From assembly GCA_013265495.1 (NCBI GenBank), contig MU058384.1, positions 3,447,010-3,511,009 of the forward strand: a stretch of 64,000 bases of DNA, in the 5' to 3' direction. Made by a program: the position numbers and the translations under genes. Shown here one piece after another: positions 1 through 13,322 of the stretch (the stretch's first letter is position 1; the number at the start of each line of letters is the position of its first letter). The notes below the pieces were generated by a model. The model searched no databases. It saw only the letters and a program-made list of their open reading frames with translations, and was not told the origin of the DNA. This stretch comes from Vicugna vicugna. Lineage: Eukaryota.

Positions 1-1817
1 AGTCAGTCCATAGCCAAGTGTTTGACATTGCCTACACTAAACCACCAAAGTTGATCTCTACAGAATAGGGGTGGTCCAAGGAGAGGGACCTTGACCCAGA
101 GCCCCAAAGATGCAGATTTTTTTAAGCTAAGACTCCAGTCCTTTTCATCACGTCTTCAGCAATTGCTAGTCTCTCAGTACCCACAACTCCGGGCCTGATG
201 TGGGCAGGGGCTGGTCTCCTGGACCTTCCTTCCCCTCTCAAAAGCCCTAGGCCTTTCTGCTTTCTGACCCTGAGGAGGTACAGAGAACAGGTGGTTATGC
301 TTGACTGACAATGTCACCAATGAACCAGCTCTGTCAAATATTTGCATTTGGGGCTTTTTTTAATCTATAAAAGATTAATCTGGAACAAAATGCTTTGCCC
401 TGAGTGAGATATTCCAGACACGGTGTGCAATTGGAAATATATATTTTGGGCAGAAAGACCCTTCACCTTGTCCGTGAAATCATACTGAACCTGAGGCTGA
501 TAATCCTGGAGATGGATCTGTTTAATCTTTCTGGAGGTCTAGGAGGGCGGGAGGTGGGAAGTGGGCTCTCATGGCCCACTGCACGGCCTGTCCTGTCTTC
601 ACATTGACCCCTTGTTTCATCCACCAAACCCAAGATGCCTGTGTGACAGCACCCAGAACAGTCTCCTCTCCCTGTCCCTGTTTGTCACCTTCTCAAAAGA
701 ATCTCTCCCACTTTCCCCACGCACATGCAGAGCACAGTCACATGGTGGGATTTGACTCAGGTAAGTCAGTCTGTTCTTTTCAAATATTGATGTCGACAGT
801 GGGGGAGAGAAGCCTGCTCTCAACTCTGGCGTCATGTGCTGTAAGGACTGGCTGAGTTTGGAGCTGCCACAGGGCTTTATGACAAAAACATGGCTCTGCT
901 TCTCAAAGTGATCATAAGGGAGACTGGAGCTGGATGATTCCTTAATCAAAATGTCCACTGAGAACAGGCTTTCTTCTCCATCTAAACCCAGCCAATACCA
1001 GACATCACTACTATTCTTTATATTTGTGTGGGAAGCAGCATTTTGCATTGTTTAAAATTAAGATTATTTTTTGTTTTCTCAAAATAACTTTAGCAAAGAG
1101 GAATGTTTCCAGACACAATTGCTTGTCAACTTCCCATCAGAACAATAGCCTCCGAGTTCTCATGTTTGATATTGTAGCTACACCCCAGATCCTGGGCCAT
1201 CATTTGTTTTGCAACAATGGCAAGATTGGAGCTGAGAAGTCTTGATGCTGAGAGTCTGCCAAGAAAATCGCAGGCGAGGACCCACTGCCATTAATAAGAA
1301 TAGTATTCTAATGGCTTAAGTTCATTATTAAAAGTAATAGATCTCTTTCATTTAAGGGAAATGTAGTTAAGATCATTACTTTTGCTTTTTATAAACCTAT
1401 AAAAGGAAAAGTGATCCCATGTTGATCTGGAAGGAAAAGAATTAATCTAATACTGAGATCTGAACTTAATCTTTCAACAGCTTCATCTTTTTAATTTAAA
1501 AAAGCTTTTTGGAATTGTGATTGAAAAATATTGCCAGACATATCTAAACAAAGGAAACATTCTCATGCATCTTTGCAACCACTTGCCCTCCTTCTTCCCC
1601 AAAGGTAACCACTCGTTTGACTTCTAACACCATAGATACGTTTTTGCATATTTTTTTAAAATTTGCACAAATGGATCATACATGTTTTCATATGTACCAG
1701 GTTTCTTTTGCTCAATGTGTAAAATTTATCTATGTGTTGCTTGTAGCTATAATTTATTTTCATTGCTCTATAGTTTTCCATTATATGAATATATGAATAC
1801 TTACATTTTCTATTCTT

Positions 1818-2455
1818 TTTTTTTAACATTTTTATTGATTCATAATCATTTTACAGTGTTGTGTCAAATTCCAGTGTTCAGTACAATTTTTCAGTCATAC
1901 ATGGACATATACACTCATTGTCACATTTTTTTCTCTGTGATTTATCATAACATTTTGTGTATATTTCCCTGTGCTATACAGTGTAATCTTGTTTATCTGT
2001 TCTACAATTTTGAAATCCCAGTCTATCCCTTCCCACCCTCTACCCCGCCCCCCACCCCAGTAACCACAAGTCTGTATTCTCTGTCCATGAGTCCATTTCT
2101 GTCCTGTATTTATGCTTTGTTTTTGTTTGTTTGTTTGTTTTTGTTTTTTAGATTCCACATATGAGCGATCTCATATGGTATTTTTCTTTCTCTTTCTGGC
2201 TTACTTCACTTAGAATGACATTCTCTAGGAGCATCCATGTTGCTGCAAATGGCATTATGTTGTCGGTTTTTATGGCTGAGTAGTATTCCATTGTATAAAT
2301 ATACCACCTCTTCTTTATCCAGTCACCTGTTGATGGACATTTAGGTTGTTTCCATGTTTTGGCTATTGTAAATAGTGCTGCTATGAACATTGGGGTGCAA
2401 AGGATGACACCCCCAATGTTCATAGCAGCACTATTTACAATAGCCAAAACATGGA
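1818..2455 (-). mobile_element. Young 5'-truncated L1 (ORF2 C-terminus + 3'UTR + polyA) with inverted 5' end
   Basis: Minus-strand ORF 2148-2447 encodes the L1 ORF2 end ([23 protein letters not shown]...SLICGI*). T-rich tail at ~1816-1824. Direct repeat TACATTTTCTATTCTT at 1802-1817 and 2456-2471 is the TSD. Confidence 0.93.
2351..2455. repeat. Perfect 45-bp inverted repeat with 15-nt loop
   Basis: 2351-2395 is the exact reverse complement of 2411-2455. Confidence 0.95.
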
Positions 2456-2471
2456 TACATTTTCTATTCTT

Positions 2472-2730
2472 GTTTTTTATTTTTAACTATTTTAATTGAG
2501 TTATAGTTGATGTACAATATTATATAAGTTGTAGGTGTACAACATGGTGATACACAATTTTTAAAGGTTATACTCCATTTATAGTTATGAGACATTGGCT
2601 GTATTCTCTGTGTTGTATAATTATCCTTGTACCTTACTTTATGCACGAATAGTTAGTACCTCTTAATCCCTTACCCTTCTATTGCTTCTCCTCCCTTCCC
2701 TCTCCCCACTAGTTTGTTCTCTGTGTCTGA
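2472..2730 (-). mobile_element. Older L1 3' end fragment
   Basis: Typical antisense L1 3'UTR text (tttaattgagttatagttgatgtacaatattatataagtt...ttggctgtattctctgtgttgta...tagtttgttctctg). Confidence 0.75.
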
Positions 2731-5700
2731 GAGCCTCAGCAGCTTCATCTCGAATGGGCACAATTTCCTTTCCCTTCCACCAAGTAAGTGAAGAGTAACA
2801 GCTAACCAAATAGGAGAGCAGCCCAAGGCTCTCCTCCGCTAGCACAGTGGTAGGTACAGCATGGACACGCTTTCAAATGTGTTGGCTAATTGAATTACCT
2901 GCCTTGTACAGACATGTGTTATTATTTCCAGATGCTTCATATCAGAACCCTCTTTTATGTTTGAGGAACCCCCCCCCCCGGTTTACAAAATAGTAGCAGG
3001 GGTTCTCTCCAAACCTCCCTTGCAACTAAGGAGCAAGTACTGAGGCTAACTAACGAGCAAGCATCTGATACTTCGCCCCAGACTTTGAATTCCAAGCTAG
3101 GTCACCAGTGAGCAGTCCTGCGCAGAATCCACTGTGGCCAGGTTGGTGGGAGAGTGACACAGAGGCGGCTGTGGCTGTAGTTTTGATTGCAGCATCTGAT
3201 GCCTGGTATTAGAGCCCCAGGCAGTGGGCGTTGCAGTGCTGTGCCCAGTCTACATCCTTGCAAATATTCGGCACTGTTAATATTTTTTAATTTTAGCCGT
3301 ACTGGTGGATATTTAGTCATATTTCATCATGTGTGTGTCTGTATATGTGTGTCATTAACTGAGCACGTATTAAAGATTTAACTCACGAATGAAGGAACTA
3401 GAAGAGTAATAAAACTTACTCAGAGGATTGTAGGAGAAGCAGAAGTGTTTATAGTCATTGAAAGAAAGAATGTTAATTTATATACAAACTTGGTTAATGT
3501 CCTAAAGGTTAATAAAACTACAATCTTTAGGTTTATCTTTTGCACTGGAAATCATTTACATCTCTACTGGAGAAAACTCATTTGCATTGCCCTAGAGAGA
3601 ATGATTTATATCTAATTCAATTTTGTCAAAGTTAACATCTAGCTGGAGTTGTAAAATATCTTAATAAAGACGACCTGCTAGGTCAAGGATGGGCTTGTTT
3701 GACAATAAGGTGACTTGGAGTCATTCTTTTCCCTTTACTAATTATGGTTATGTTTTATTAATTGTTCCTTCATTGGTAACATCAATATTCTTGTGTTATA
3801 GCCTAATACAATTGCACCAGATGCAGCAAGAAGCTTTATTTAATGCACAGAAACCAACTTAAGGTATAAGCAGCAAATCTAAAGCGTTCCTACTGAAGTA
3901 TCTCCAAGGCCAGAAGATCAACATCTGTCTAAAGATTTTGGAGAAGCTGTATTTTCAACAGTCTCCAACACTCCGAAGATATTTTCAAATTGCTCTTCTA
4001 TTCCAAGATTAGAGAAGAAAACCCAAGAAGTTCATCCTCACCAGACTTTACCTGCAGTTATATAAATGGAGGTGAATTCTCTCTTTAAGGTTCTCCTGAA
4101 GTCTGAGGGGGCAATGAGAATAAGATACCCTTTTAAAATGTTCTACTAAATTAGATAGAGAAGAGTTAGAGATAAAGTAGCAAAATCTATCATATACTTA
4201 TCAAAATATAACATTGAAACAAATACTAACATTATTCCAATAAAAAAATTGGTTTGATATTTCTCATCAGTTCTTTATGTTTTGCTTACTTAATTCTTGT
4301 TCCACTAGATATGGGGGAGTAATTCGTGCTCAGGAGTTCAGCTGTTTCTGGATTGAAACGAGCTCTGGAAATCCTGGCCTACGGTGTAAACTGACAGTCA
4401 TCCAAGCAATGTTAGCTCAGAAGCCATATGTTCATGAGTCTAGTCTCTGAAGTGACAATAGGTGCAGAAGTATCTGGTAGAGTCCTTTCCACTAAGTCTC
4501 AGAAACTACCATTTTTTTCATTAAAGATCCATTTCTAGAATGTAGCTTATAGCAGAACATTTGAGCAAATATGGGAGGAAGGTCCAAACCATTTGTTTGT
4601 AAGAAGACAGGCTAGTTGCAGTTAATTTATTATATTAACTAACAATACCAGAATGGAGGTAAATATAGTTCCCTGCCAACATGATCAGTGTTTCCTCTGA
4701 AGATAAGAATAGTGTACAGACAGCGAGGGCATCAACAAATTTCTAAGACCTTCCAATCTCTCCCACAAAATTGTACAAGTTTCTATTTAGACTCATTACT
4801 TGCAGGTATTACAATCCCAGGCAAAAATCTGTTATTAAATCTTCACTTAATAAAGAGCATGAAGTCACAGAAACTTAATCTGAAATGATTAAGCTACATA
4901 TGTGGGAAGAATGCTTATATGTTCGTTTTTATTGTTTCAACCAATAATTAAAATTGTATTAAACAAAGAGTCTGTGAAGTCTAGTTTCTCTCAGTTTCCA
5001 GATCTTAAGTTTAAACTAAACATTTCTTTGAAGATTTTCTATTATCTTTTTCTTTTCACATTTTTTCCTCTATTACTATGTGTTTCACCATATTACCCCA
5101 TCTTTAGGCCAATGAAGAAATTATATTTATGTTATGAAATTTATATTATAAATTCCTACCATATTCTTGACTTGTGGCTATTCTTAATAATCAAGGATTA
5201 AAAATAAAATGTAATTGTGTTCAAACATGAATCTGAATATATTTTTATCTATACATATTAAAATAAATGTTAAGATAAAAAATTATTATTGTACTGTTTT
5301 CAAAAAGCTGTTTTCCCCTAAAATATTCAGAATATCTTTTAAAATAAAAGGTAAAATAAAATGATAATTAATGCTCATTTTAATTAATAAAATTTTATTT
5401 ACTACTGGATTTTTAGATATTATCAAAATTATTTAAATTAAGGTGAAACAGATACTTTGAAATCTCAGTAAATTTGTAGTAGTCCACATTAAGTAACACA
5501 ACTCACAATTTCAATGTTCCATCTCCCTCTAATTGTCTAGATATGTAATGGGTATTACCCTTCATGATATCACATCTAGACTTACAAAGTACACCATTAA
5601 GGGCAAAAAAATGAAGTGTTCAATTTTGCAAAATGTTTCTTAGCTACACTAATTTGCAAATGCTTTTGAAAACATATTTGGAAGTGTGAACAGAAGCAGG

Positions 5701-6879
5701 AAAACGAAAACAAATTCTTTTGGAAAATAATGCTTTGTAAACATTAATTAGTTGAACATTTAATTAAACTTAGTTTAATTAGTGTAATGGAAGGAAGATT
5801 TGGCAGATCGGTTTGTCTTGTCTCTTACTAAATATTTCTAACTCTCAAGTCCTCCTTGCAGTCTGAAGGCCTCTGCTCGGCACACTCAAAGAGTAGAACG
5901 CAGCACTCCACATGCTATTTTGTGTGAAGATGTGTTTCCTGTGGTCTAAATGGTATTGGTCAAGAAAACAGATGTTTAAGGCTACAGGTGGCACTGTGTC
6001 AGTACACTGGATGTGGTGCACAGAATCTGTTCAATATATTTGCTTTGAATCAAAGAACCAATGGGCAGTTAGGTCACCTTAACTGAGAGGGATCCAGTGC
6101 TGGTGAGGCGTGGAACTCAGAGCAGAAAGGGGTTGATGGATTCTTTCATCTTTGAGGGGCTTTAACATATGAGAAAAATACATTTTTAATGATAATACAT
6201 TGTTTTGTGTTCAATTTACAAATACTTTAAATTTATTAACCAATTGACATTCTTTAAAAAGCGACATTTCCCAAAGTAATCACATATTACTTTCATAAGT
6301 AATAAAATAAATCTGAGTTTAACCAATTAGATTTATCCAGACATTTAACTACTTATGAAAATTTAATCAAAGACTATTAATATTTAAAGACTCATAAATG
6401 CTCTAAATCCCTTAAGGAATACACCAAAGACAAAATATTACAAAGTTTATAAAACTGATTAAAACTGTTACAGGAAAATGATTATCAATAGCATAGACTA
6501 AGCATTACTTTTTATTCTTATCCTTCACATTCTCAGCATTTCATTTTTTAACATTTTCTTGGGGTTTTGCTAATCCTGCCAGCCACTGTTCTATAACTTA
6601 TTTAGTATTTTAATCGCCTTACTGGACCTAAAAGAAAATAAAGGCCTTTGCAGGCCAGCTGGTGTTGCAGGTTAGATCATGAGGTTAGCGGTGGATATGC
6701 TGAGCAGAAGTTGCCTTTAAAACATCCCAAGAGATGTCAAGTAGACTGTTGGATGTATTGACTCTACCTCTTTCCCTGTAAAGAGAGTTATTTTGTTAGA
6801 ATGGTGTTGTATGGTAAAACTTGATGGTGAATACACACAATTAATCCACAGGTGCTGGGCCAAATAGAAGCATGCTGGG

Positions 6880-7450
6880 CTGGGAAAGGAAACCCAAATC
6901 TAGTTGTATCCAGTCCAATGGGGACAAAGCTCTCCCCCTCCAAGATGTGGTAACATACAAGGTATCCCAGACTGCTTGCTGCTACTCCTGACAGTGGCGC
7001 TCAGAGTGGCAGCAGCCAGGTCAGCCTCAGCGAGAGGAAGCCCATGCTTCTGAGACATGTGCAGTAACCCCATCCTCACACACACACGTCTGCTCTAGAG
7101 CACATGGAGAAGGCTGGTGTGTCTGGGAAAGAAGCTGAGTGGGTCCCATGTTCTCAGAGTGAATCAGCTTGTCTATTGATTCTCAAGGTGCTGCACACAT
7201 TAGTGCTATAAGAACATTCTTGGGTTCAGTCTGGTTTATGCCCTTCCTGCCTCATGGCTTGATCGTCCTGAGAACACCCATCAGTGATGGGAAGCCCATC
7301 ACATGGTCACACGGCATCCCAGGTCAAGATTGCAGCCTCCCCCTGGGCCCAGGAATAAGCCAATAGCTGTTTTCCAGAACTAGACTAGTTCTTTGCTGAG
7401 GAGGGTAGGATTTTGCTTCAAAATCCTAGAAGTTGTTGCTGTGTGTCGTC
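6880..7450 (-). mobile_element. Degraded ERVL-type internal (pol) fragment
   Basis: Minus ORF 6900-7085 contains QKHGLPLAEADLAAAT, resembling the ERV-L integrase N-terminal region (WAQQHGLPLTKADLATA). Neighbouring sequence resembles ERVL pol. Boundaries approximate. Confidence 0.65.
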
Positions 7451-8057
7451 TATCAGATCTACTTCCCACAAACTTCCTTCTTGGTCTCCTATCTAGCATT
7501 GCCTCCCGTTGTCTGACTTTCATGTGACAGTCACAATGAACTTTCTAAAACTAAAATATGATCACGGCTTCTTCTTGGCCAGAATGATTTATTCATTCAA
7601 CCACAATCATTTAACATATACTTAATGAGCACCAATTATGTGGCAGTTTTAGGTCCTGAGGATTCAGCAGAGACCACAATGAGAGGCCTTAGCTTTATTC
7701 TTTGAATCTGCAAAATAGATGCTTGCCTCATAACATGATTTGAGGAGTGCTAGTCCCACACTGATTCCCAAATTCCACTGTTAGAGATTCACTCTTTGGA
7801 TAAAGCTGTTTGTCTTATGCTAAAATGCAAATACCCTTGAGGGCAATAGAGCTTTGTCATTCTTGGCCATAAACAGGTTAAATTCATTTCTAGGATGGGT
7901 TCTCACAAAACAGCAACCCAACATTACACAATTTAGGATTATTTATATGAGTTTTATGGCATCCTTAGCAATGGCTTTTGTGCCAGAAAAAAAAAATTAT
8001 TCAAGGGATACTGTGATTGTTTTTAATTAATACATGATTTATGAAAACTGCAAATTT

Positions 8058-8608
8058 AAATCCCTTGTTGCTCTTTGTTTTTAAGCTCAAGTCATAAACC
8101 GTATTACTCTGTTTATAAATCTGGCAACTTTTAACAGTCACTTTTAAGAGGGCTTTTACAATTTAATTGAACTATTTTAAATATTTATATATTTAATTAT
8201 CCCGTATCCTTTTGAATATTTCAATTGTATAATACACAGGTTGTCAAGAGCTGTGAGAGGTCTGATATCTTACCCTACCTGGAAGCTAACAAGTTGGCTT
8301 GTCAACATTTCTTCGATGCTCACAGTAAACATGAGACTCCTGGGTCAGAGACAAAGAGCTTTAATACTCAAGCAGAAGCAGGAGCCAAAGTATCGTCATT
8401 TTGTCAGTTCACAGTTTAATGGGTCTAGGTCAGGATCAAAATCTCTTGTTACTCCTTGTTTTTAAGCTTGACTCGTAAACCTTATTACTCTGTGTATAAA
8501 TCTGACCACTTTTTTCAATCACTTTTAAGAGGGCTTTTATAACTTAATTGAATTATTTTGAATATTTATAAATTTAATATATTTCATATCCTTTTGAATA
8601 TGACAATT
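8058..8608 (+). repeat. Diverged ~170-bp direct repeat pair (8058-8226 and 8439-8608)
   Basis: Both copies are collinear: aaatc(c/t)cttgtt..ttgtttttaagct..tattactctgt(t/g)tataaatctg..cacttttaagagggctttta..taattgaa..tatccttttgaatat..caatt. Confidence 0.88.
8250..8400. mobile_element. LTR-like fragment between the duplicated blocks
   Basis: tgtgagaggtctgatatcttaccctac..gctaacaagt..catgagactcctgggtcagagacaaag resembles an old mammalian LTR end. Family not certain. Confidence 0.5.
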
Positions 8609-8860
8609 AAGTGCAATGTGGTATCCTAGATGGGATCAAGAAACAGGAAAAAAAGGACATTAGGTAAAAGCTACGGAAATCTGAATAAAGTATGGACTTT
8701 TAGTTAATAATAATGTTTCATGATTGGTTCATTGGTTGTGGCAAGTGTACCATACTAATGCAAAATAATAATAGTAAGTGAGACTAGGTGCGAGGTGTAT
8801 GGGAAATCTCTGTACTGTCTTCATAAATTTTTTGTAAATGTGGAATGATTTTAAAACAGT
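8609..8860 (+). mobile_element. Ancient L1 (L1M-type) 3' fragment
   Basis: tgcaatgtggtatcct..aaaggacatt..gaaatctgaataaagtatgga..tgtaccatactaatgcaa..gggaaatctctgtact matches an old L1 3' end pattern. Confidence 0.7.
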
Positions 8861-9579
8861 TTTTCACAGTTGAGTAAATGAAAAATATTAAACAATACTA
8901 CTTATTGTACTTAAATATTGAAAATATAGTGAAACTTGTAGTAAAACGGCTGAGGCTTGGGAACACTGGTTTTGAGCTCACCAGGGATGTCTGAACTACC
9001 TGCTGCACACTCGTCCTTTCTCACCAGTGGGATATGGTGAGATGTGTGGTCAAACAGCATCAATATCCACCCAGAGGTTACACTTCAGATCATTCTTGGG
9101 CAGCACAAATTAGAAGTCTCTCATCATCCACCCTGAGAATGAGCAGAGACTAACCACCGAAAGCAGAGCTGAAACTTCTCCAAGAGTGAAGCATGTCTTT
9201 CTCTAGAGGAACTGGAGCTTCTTGGTGTCTGGGTTCTCAGGGGATTTCTTAGGTGGGGCGTCACTGCTAACACCAGGCTCTGGTTTACCATGGGAGAGTG
9301 CTCTTCAGAAGCCTTGTGTCTTCCAGCAGTCCCCTTGGCCAACAGGACACAGACAAGACCCCCTCAGTCTGGGAGTAGGGAGAGGTGTCGAGGGCCATAC
9401 TCACTGATGCCCCATCTTCAATAGCCCCGTACCATCAGTCTTTCCACCCTGCTCACAATCATCTAGGGATTACAGCAGTCTGCCTCCCTCAACACCCAAG
9501 GTTCCGAAGTGAGAGAAGAGAGTGCCAACACTTCTCATCTGTAAAATGAAGGACAACAAGAAATTGTTGGTCTAAATCA

Positions 9580-9940
9580 CTGGTCTAGAACTTTAGCCTA
9601 GGTGAGAATTATGTTCCAGTATAGGTCACTGGGTCCTCCTGCAGAGTTCCTACTCAATAGAGGGCCAACAATTTGCATTTCTAACAAGTCCCCAGGTGAT
9701 GCTGATGCTGCTGGTCAGAAAGCCACTCTTTGAGAACCACTGGCTTCAATGGTCTCAAGGGTATCTTTCTACTTTCATATTTATTAAATCCACGTATCTC
9801 AGACTCATGTGATCATAAGAATCACAAGGGAACTTGGCTAAATGTACAGATCTATGAGACCTACCCTAAACCTACTGACTCAAAATCACTAAGAGAGCAC
9901 TCCAGGTGATTCTTACCATCAGAGGAGTTTAGGAAACTTC
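9580..9940. mobile_element. MER5-type (hAT-Charlie) MITE fragments
   Basis: Hallmark atttgcatttctaacaagtccccaggtgatgctgatgctgctggtc...ctttgagaaccactg at ~9670-9743, followed by a second related fragment (caggtgattcttaccatcag). Confidence 0.75.
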
Positions 9941-10325
9941 ATTATCTCAAAACTCAGGGGAACCATCAGCAAAGATGGTGTTAGGTTGGAGCAGCACATG
10001 GTGGGGAGATCATAGGCATTCAAGGACAGCATGTAGTCCCAGAAGAAATGGGTAAAGCTGAAGGAGGAGGTGAGAAGGGATCATCAGGGGGCACAATTTT
10101 GCCTTGACCCCTGCCCACTGTGCGCAAAGCACTGCAGAAATCATCTCAACCACCTGGCATGTTTCTTTACCACTCTATCAATACTATTAGATGGGGAGGG
10201 CAGGAGGCTCCAGGGAGATACTGGATCAAAAAGCAATATTGGCAAGTCATCAAATGTAACAGTCATTGAGTGTTTTGAATGTACTTGCTTTTCCCTAACA
10301 TATAACAACACATCAACAGAAAGAC

Positions 10326-10327
10326 AT

Positions 10328-10362
<35 letters not shown>

Positions 10363-10390
10363 TTCATTCATTCATTCATTCATTCATTCA
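10326..10390 (+). repeat. (ATTT)n(ATTC)n compound microsatellite
   Basis: Directly visible tetranucleotide runs. Confidence 0.92.
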
Positions 10391-12384
10391 TCCTTCCATC
10401 CATGTACAGTGTTCAGGGACAAAGCTGGTCTTATGAGTAATGAGAGCATATGGCTTCTAGAGCATCTTATAGCAATGGAGACCATACGTCCAGGTTTTCC
10501 CAGCACAATTTTCTATTATATCAGCTTCCTGTGCAGTCTTCACCCCCATTCTCTCTCAGAAGTATCCTGGCTTGGATGATAAATTATATTACTTACATAA
10601 AGTAGATAAATTACATATAGCTCTAATATTCCACACGTCCATGGATCTAATCATAGTCACTTATAGTTGTCTAATGTCTTATATCTTAAAAGGTATTTTT
10701 GTAAAATCAGTTGAAGTTCTTATTATCCCCTCTGTGAAGTTCTGGAAACACAGAATCAGAGACGCTAAGTGATACCACCAACATCACAATGCTATTAGTG
10801 GCAGAATAAGGACACAAGCCTCTTCTAAAGTCTAGACCAATGGGTTTCTTCCAAAATAGTATTATTTGAAGGTAAAGTGTTCCTTCTCTTTAAACTATAT
10901 TACCCATGTATCCCAGAAAACAAAATTTGGTCATGAAGACGTTCATTCTTTTGCATCTTTTAATATCACTGATAGAAGTCCCTTTCAAAGTAAAAATATT
11001 CTAAGCCACCATCAACAAATATATCAGTGGGGTTAATAGAGAGGTAATGGAAAGCCGAGCCTAGTCTATCTAGAAAGTAACAAAAAGCATGCCGCCACCA
11101 TAAACCTACACTGCCCTGACAAAGAATTAGAAAGAAAAATGGTAACAGAAGAAAAGAACACTGAGTTGGGAGGCATTTTTTGAGGGGAGGGGTAGGTAAG
11201 GAGGGCATCATGGCTCCTGCCTCCCAATTTTGCCTGCGTATTCCCGAGTAAAGCTAGTTGATTCAAATTAAATAGAAATACTAATTGTGACTGAAAGCAA
11301 CGTGAAGCTTTAATTTGGCCTAAAGGTGCCTCTTGTAGATTAAGGGGCAGAGAGAAATTTCTCCCTGTAAGAGAAAGACCTAGCCCAATGATGGCAACCA
11401 AGACTCTCCATTTAAAAGGCTCTTTTCAAAATGCCACCATCTAACAAAGAAGTCTTATTCAGAATGAGACCAAGAGGCTTCCTGGAGGTATTTCTCCCAG
11501 TCTTCTCTGAAAGGCAGATTCAGGACCTCATTGTTTTCCCCTGGTGGTGACCCCTCCCTTCTTTCCTACAGCATGTAGGTGTGCGCGGTTGGGGGGGGTG
11601 GGCTCTATTAAACAAAAGACTCAAGGAGAAGGCCGTTGGAAAATTGGAAAGAGTGGCAGCTAGAGAGCAGATGCTCCTGCCTTATAAATTAGTAGAAGAT
11701 TATGCACAGCCAGCTGTACCATATAAATGCCTGGTTTTTACACCACACCATGACTCTCTGTGTTTATCATATGGTCCAGCATCTGGTCAGTTCCATCCCC
11801 AACTCCCATATATCTATTCAAATCAAGCATTGGCTGGGGATTTATTTACATATATGCTTCAGTCTCAATCAGGATGCCCTCCTGAGGTCCTAACTTGCAG
11901 CGTGGCAAAGAATTAACCCAGCAAGTCCTTTGTATCACAAATGTAAGTTCCTCATTCACCTGGAGGATAGTTTTATTTTCACAAGGCTTAGAAGGTGAGT
12001 AGTGGCCAAATGAGGAAAACATGCCTGCATGTAGATGAGAAGGATATAGATACAGACATAGATAAATAATCCTCAAAGTCTTTTTATACTAAAATGTAGA
12101 TTTTCTAGAATAAGATAAAAATAATGTCATGTGTACCTTGAATAATTAAGATAAAAAACGAAAGAGGCTTTCTTGTGTTTTTAAATCTTGGGCCACATCT
12201 GAGTTTACGTAGAAGTTTTCTAAGTTTTTTTCTTGTATAGAGATAGTTTTTCCAAGGGAAAAAAATCATTAACAGATTGTTTGCCTTTGAGCATTTTGCT
12301 TTAGATGTCTTTGTTTATTTTTACTGTTGTTGTTCATTTATTTTAATGGGGTCCAAGTTATGTGGGTCCATTTTTGTGATACAG

Positions 12385-13200
12385 TCAAAAGAATACTTGA
12401 ATCTTCCCTTCACATCACACATCAAAACAAATTCTAGACTGACCAAAGAATTAAATGAAAAAAAAAACTCAAGCCAGAAATAAACTTAGACGAAAACACT
12501 TAAACAATTGTATTTGATCTCTGGAAGATAGTTTTAGATTATAAAAACAATGAAAGAATTTACAATAGAAAAACATTAATAGATTTTACCTCATAAAACT
12601 TCAAATTTTCTAAATCATCAAATTTAGCATAAACTGAATTAAAAGATAAACAGGAAGGTATGATTTTTTAGCAACAGATAATGAACCAAAAGTTAATAAC
12701 CTTCATATATGAAGAGCTCTTAGGGACCGAGAAGAAAAACACCAAAGCAATAGATGAACAGGAAAAAGACATAAACAGTTCTCAACAGAGAAAATACAAA
12801 CTGTCAATAAACTTTTTATTGCTCAATTTATCAGTAATGTTAAAATCTTAAGTTGAAACAAAATACCATTGTACACCTATCAACTAGAAAAAGATTCAAT
12901 TATAAGAGCAAGGAAGGAAGGAGATTGATAAATTAGGGCAACCAATCTGGAAAGCAATTGGCTTTAAAGTATTCATACCCTTTGACGCAGTAATTATATT
13001 TCTGGGCCGCTGTACTAACTGTGAAGATTCCAAAATGCAGCTGTAAATTCAGGCATAGTGATATCACACTGTAGTGTAAGTTTTAATAGCAAAACAAAGA
13101 AAGATTGGAAACTATCTAATGCTCTTCAACTATAGAGAAATGGTAAAGTCCATTAGGATGTGTCCATTAGGCTATTATGCTCTCACTAAAAATCATTCTT
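12385..13200 (+). mobile_element. Highly degraded old L1 ORF2-region fragment
   Basis: A-rich sequence with L1 ORF2 remnants (cttcacatcacacatcaaaacaaattctaga..., gacataaacagttctcaacagagaaaataca, cataccctttgac). Confidence 0.6.
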
Positions 13201-13322
13201 GCAAGAGTGACCTCAGAAGGGGGAATAAATTCACATTTCTCTGGCCTAATTCACCTTTTCCATGTGTACTTGATCTGTGTCAGGTGTCCAGTCTATGTAA
13301 AGCTCTCAGCACAGTACTGAAA

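Noticed and set aside
3883..4065. Stop-free ~60-codon stretch (SVPTEVSPRPEDQHLSKDF...) as a hidden exon
   Set aside because: It has no start codon, no convincing splice sites and no recognisable homology, and its length is within chance.
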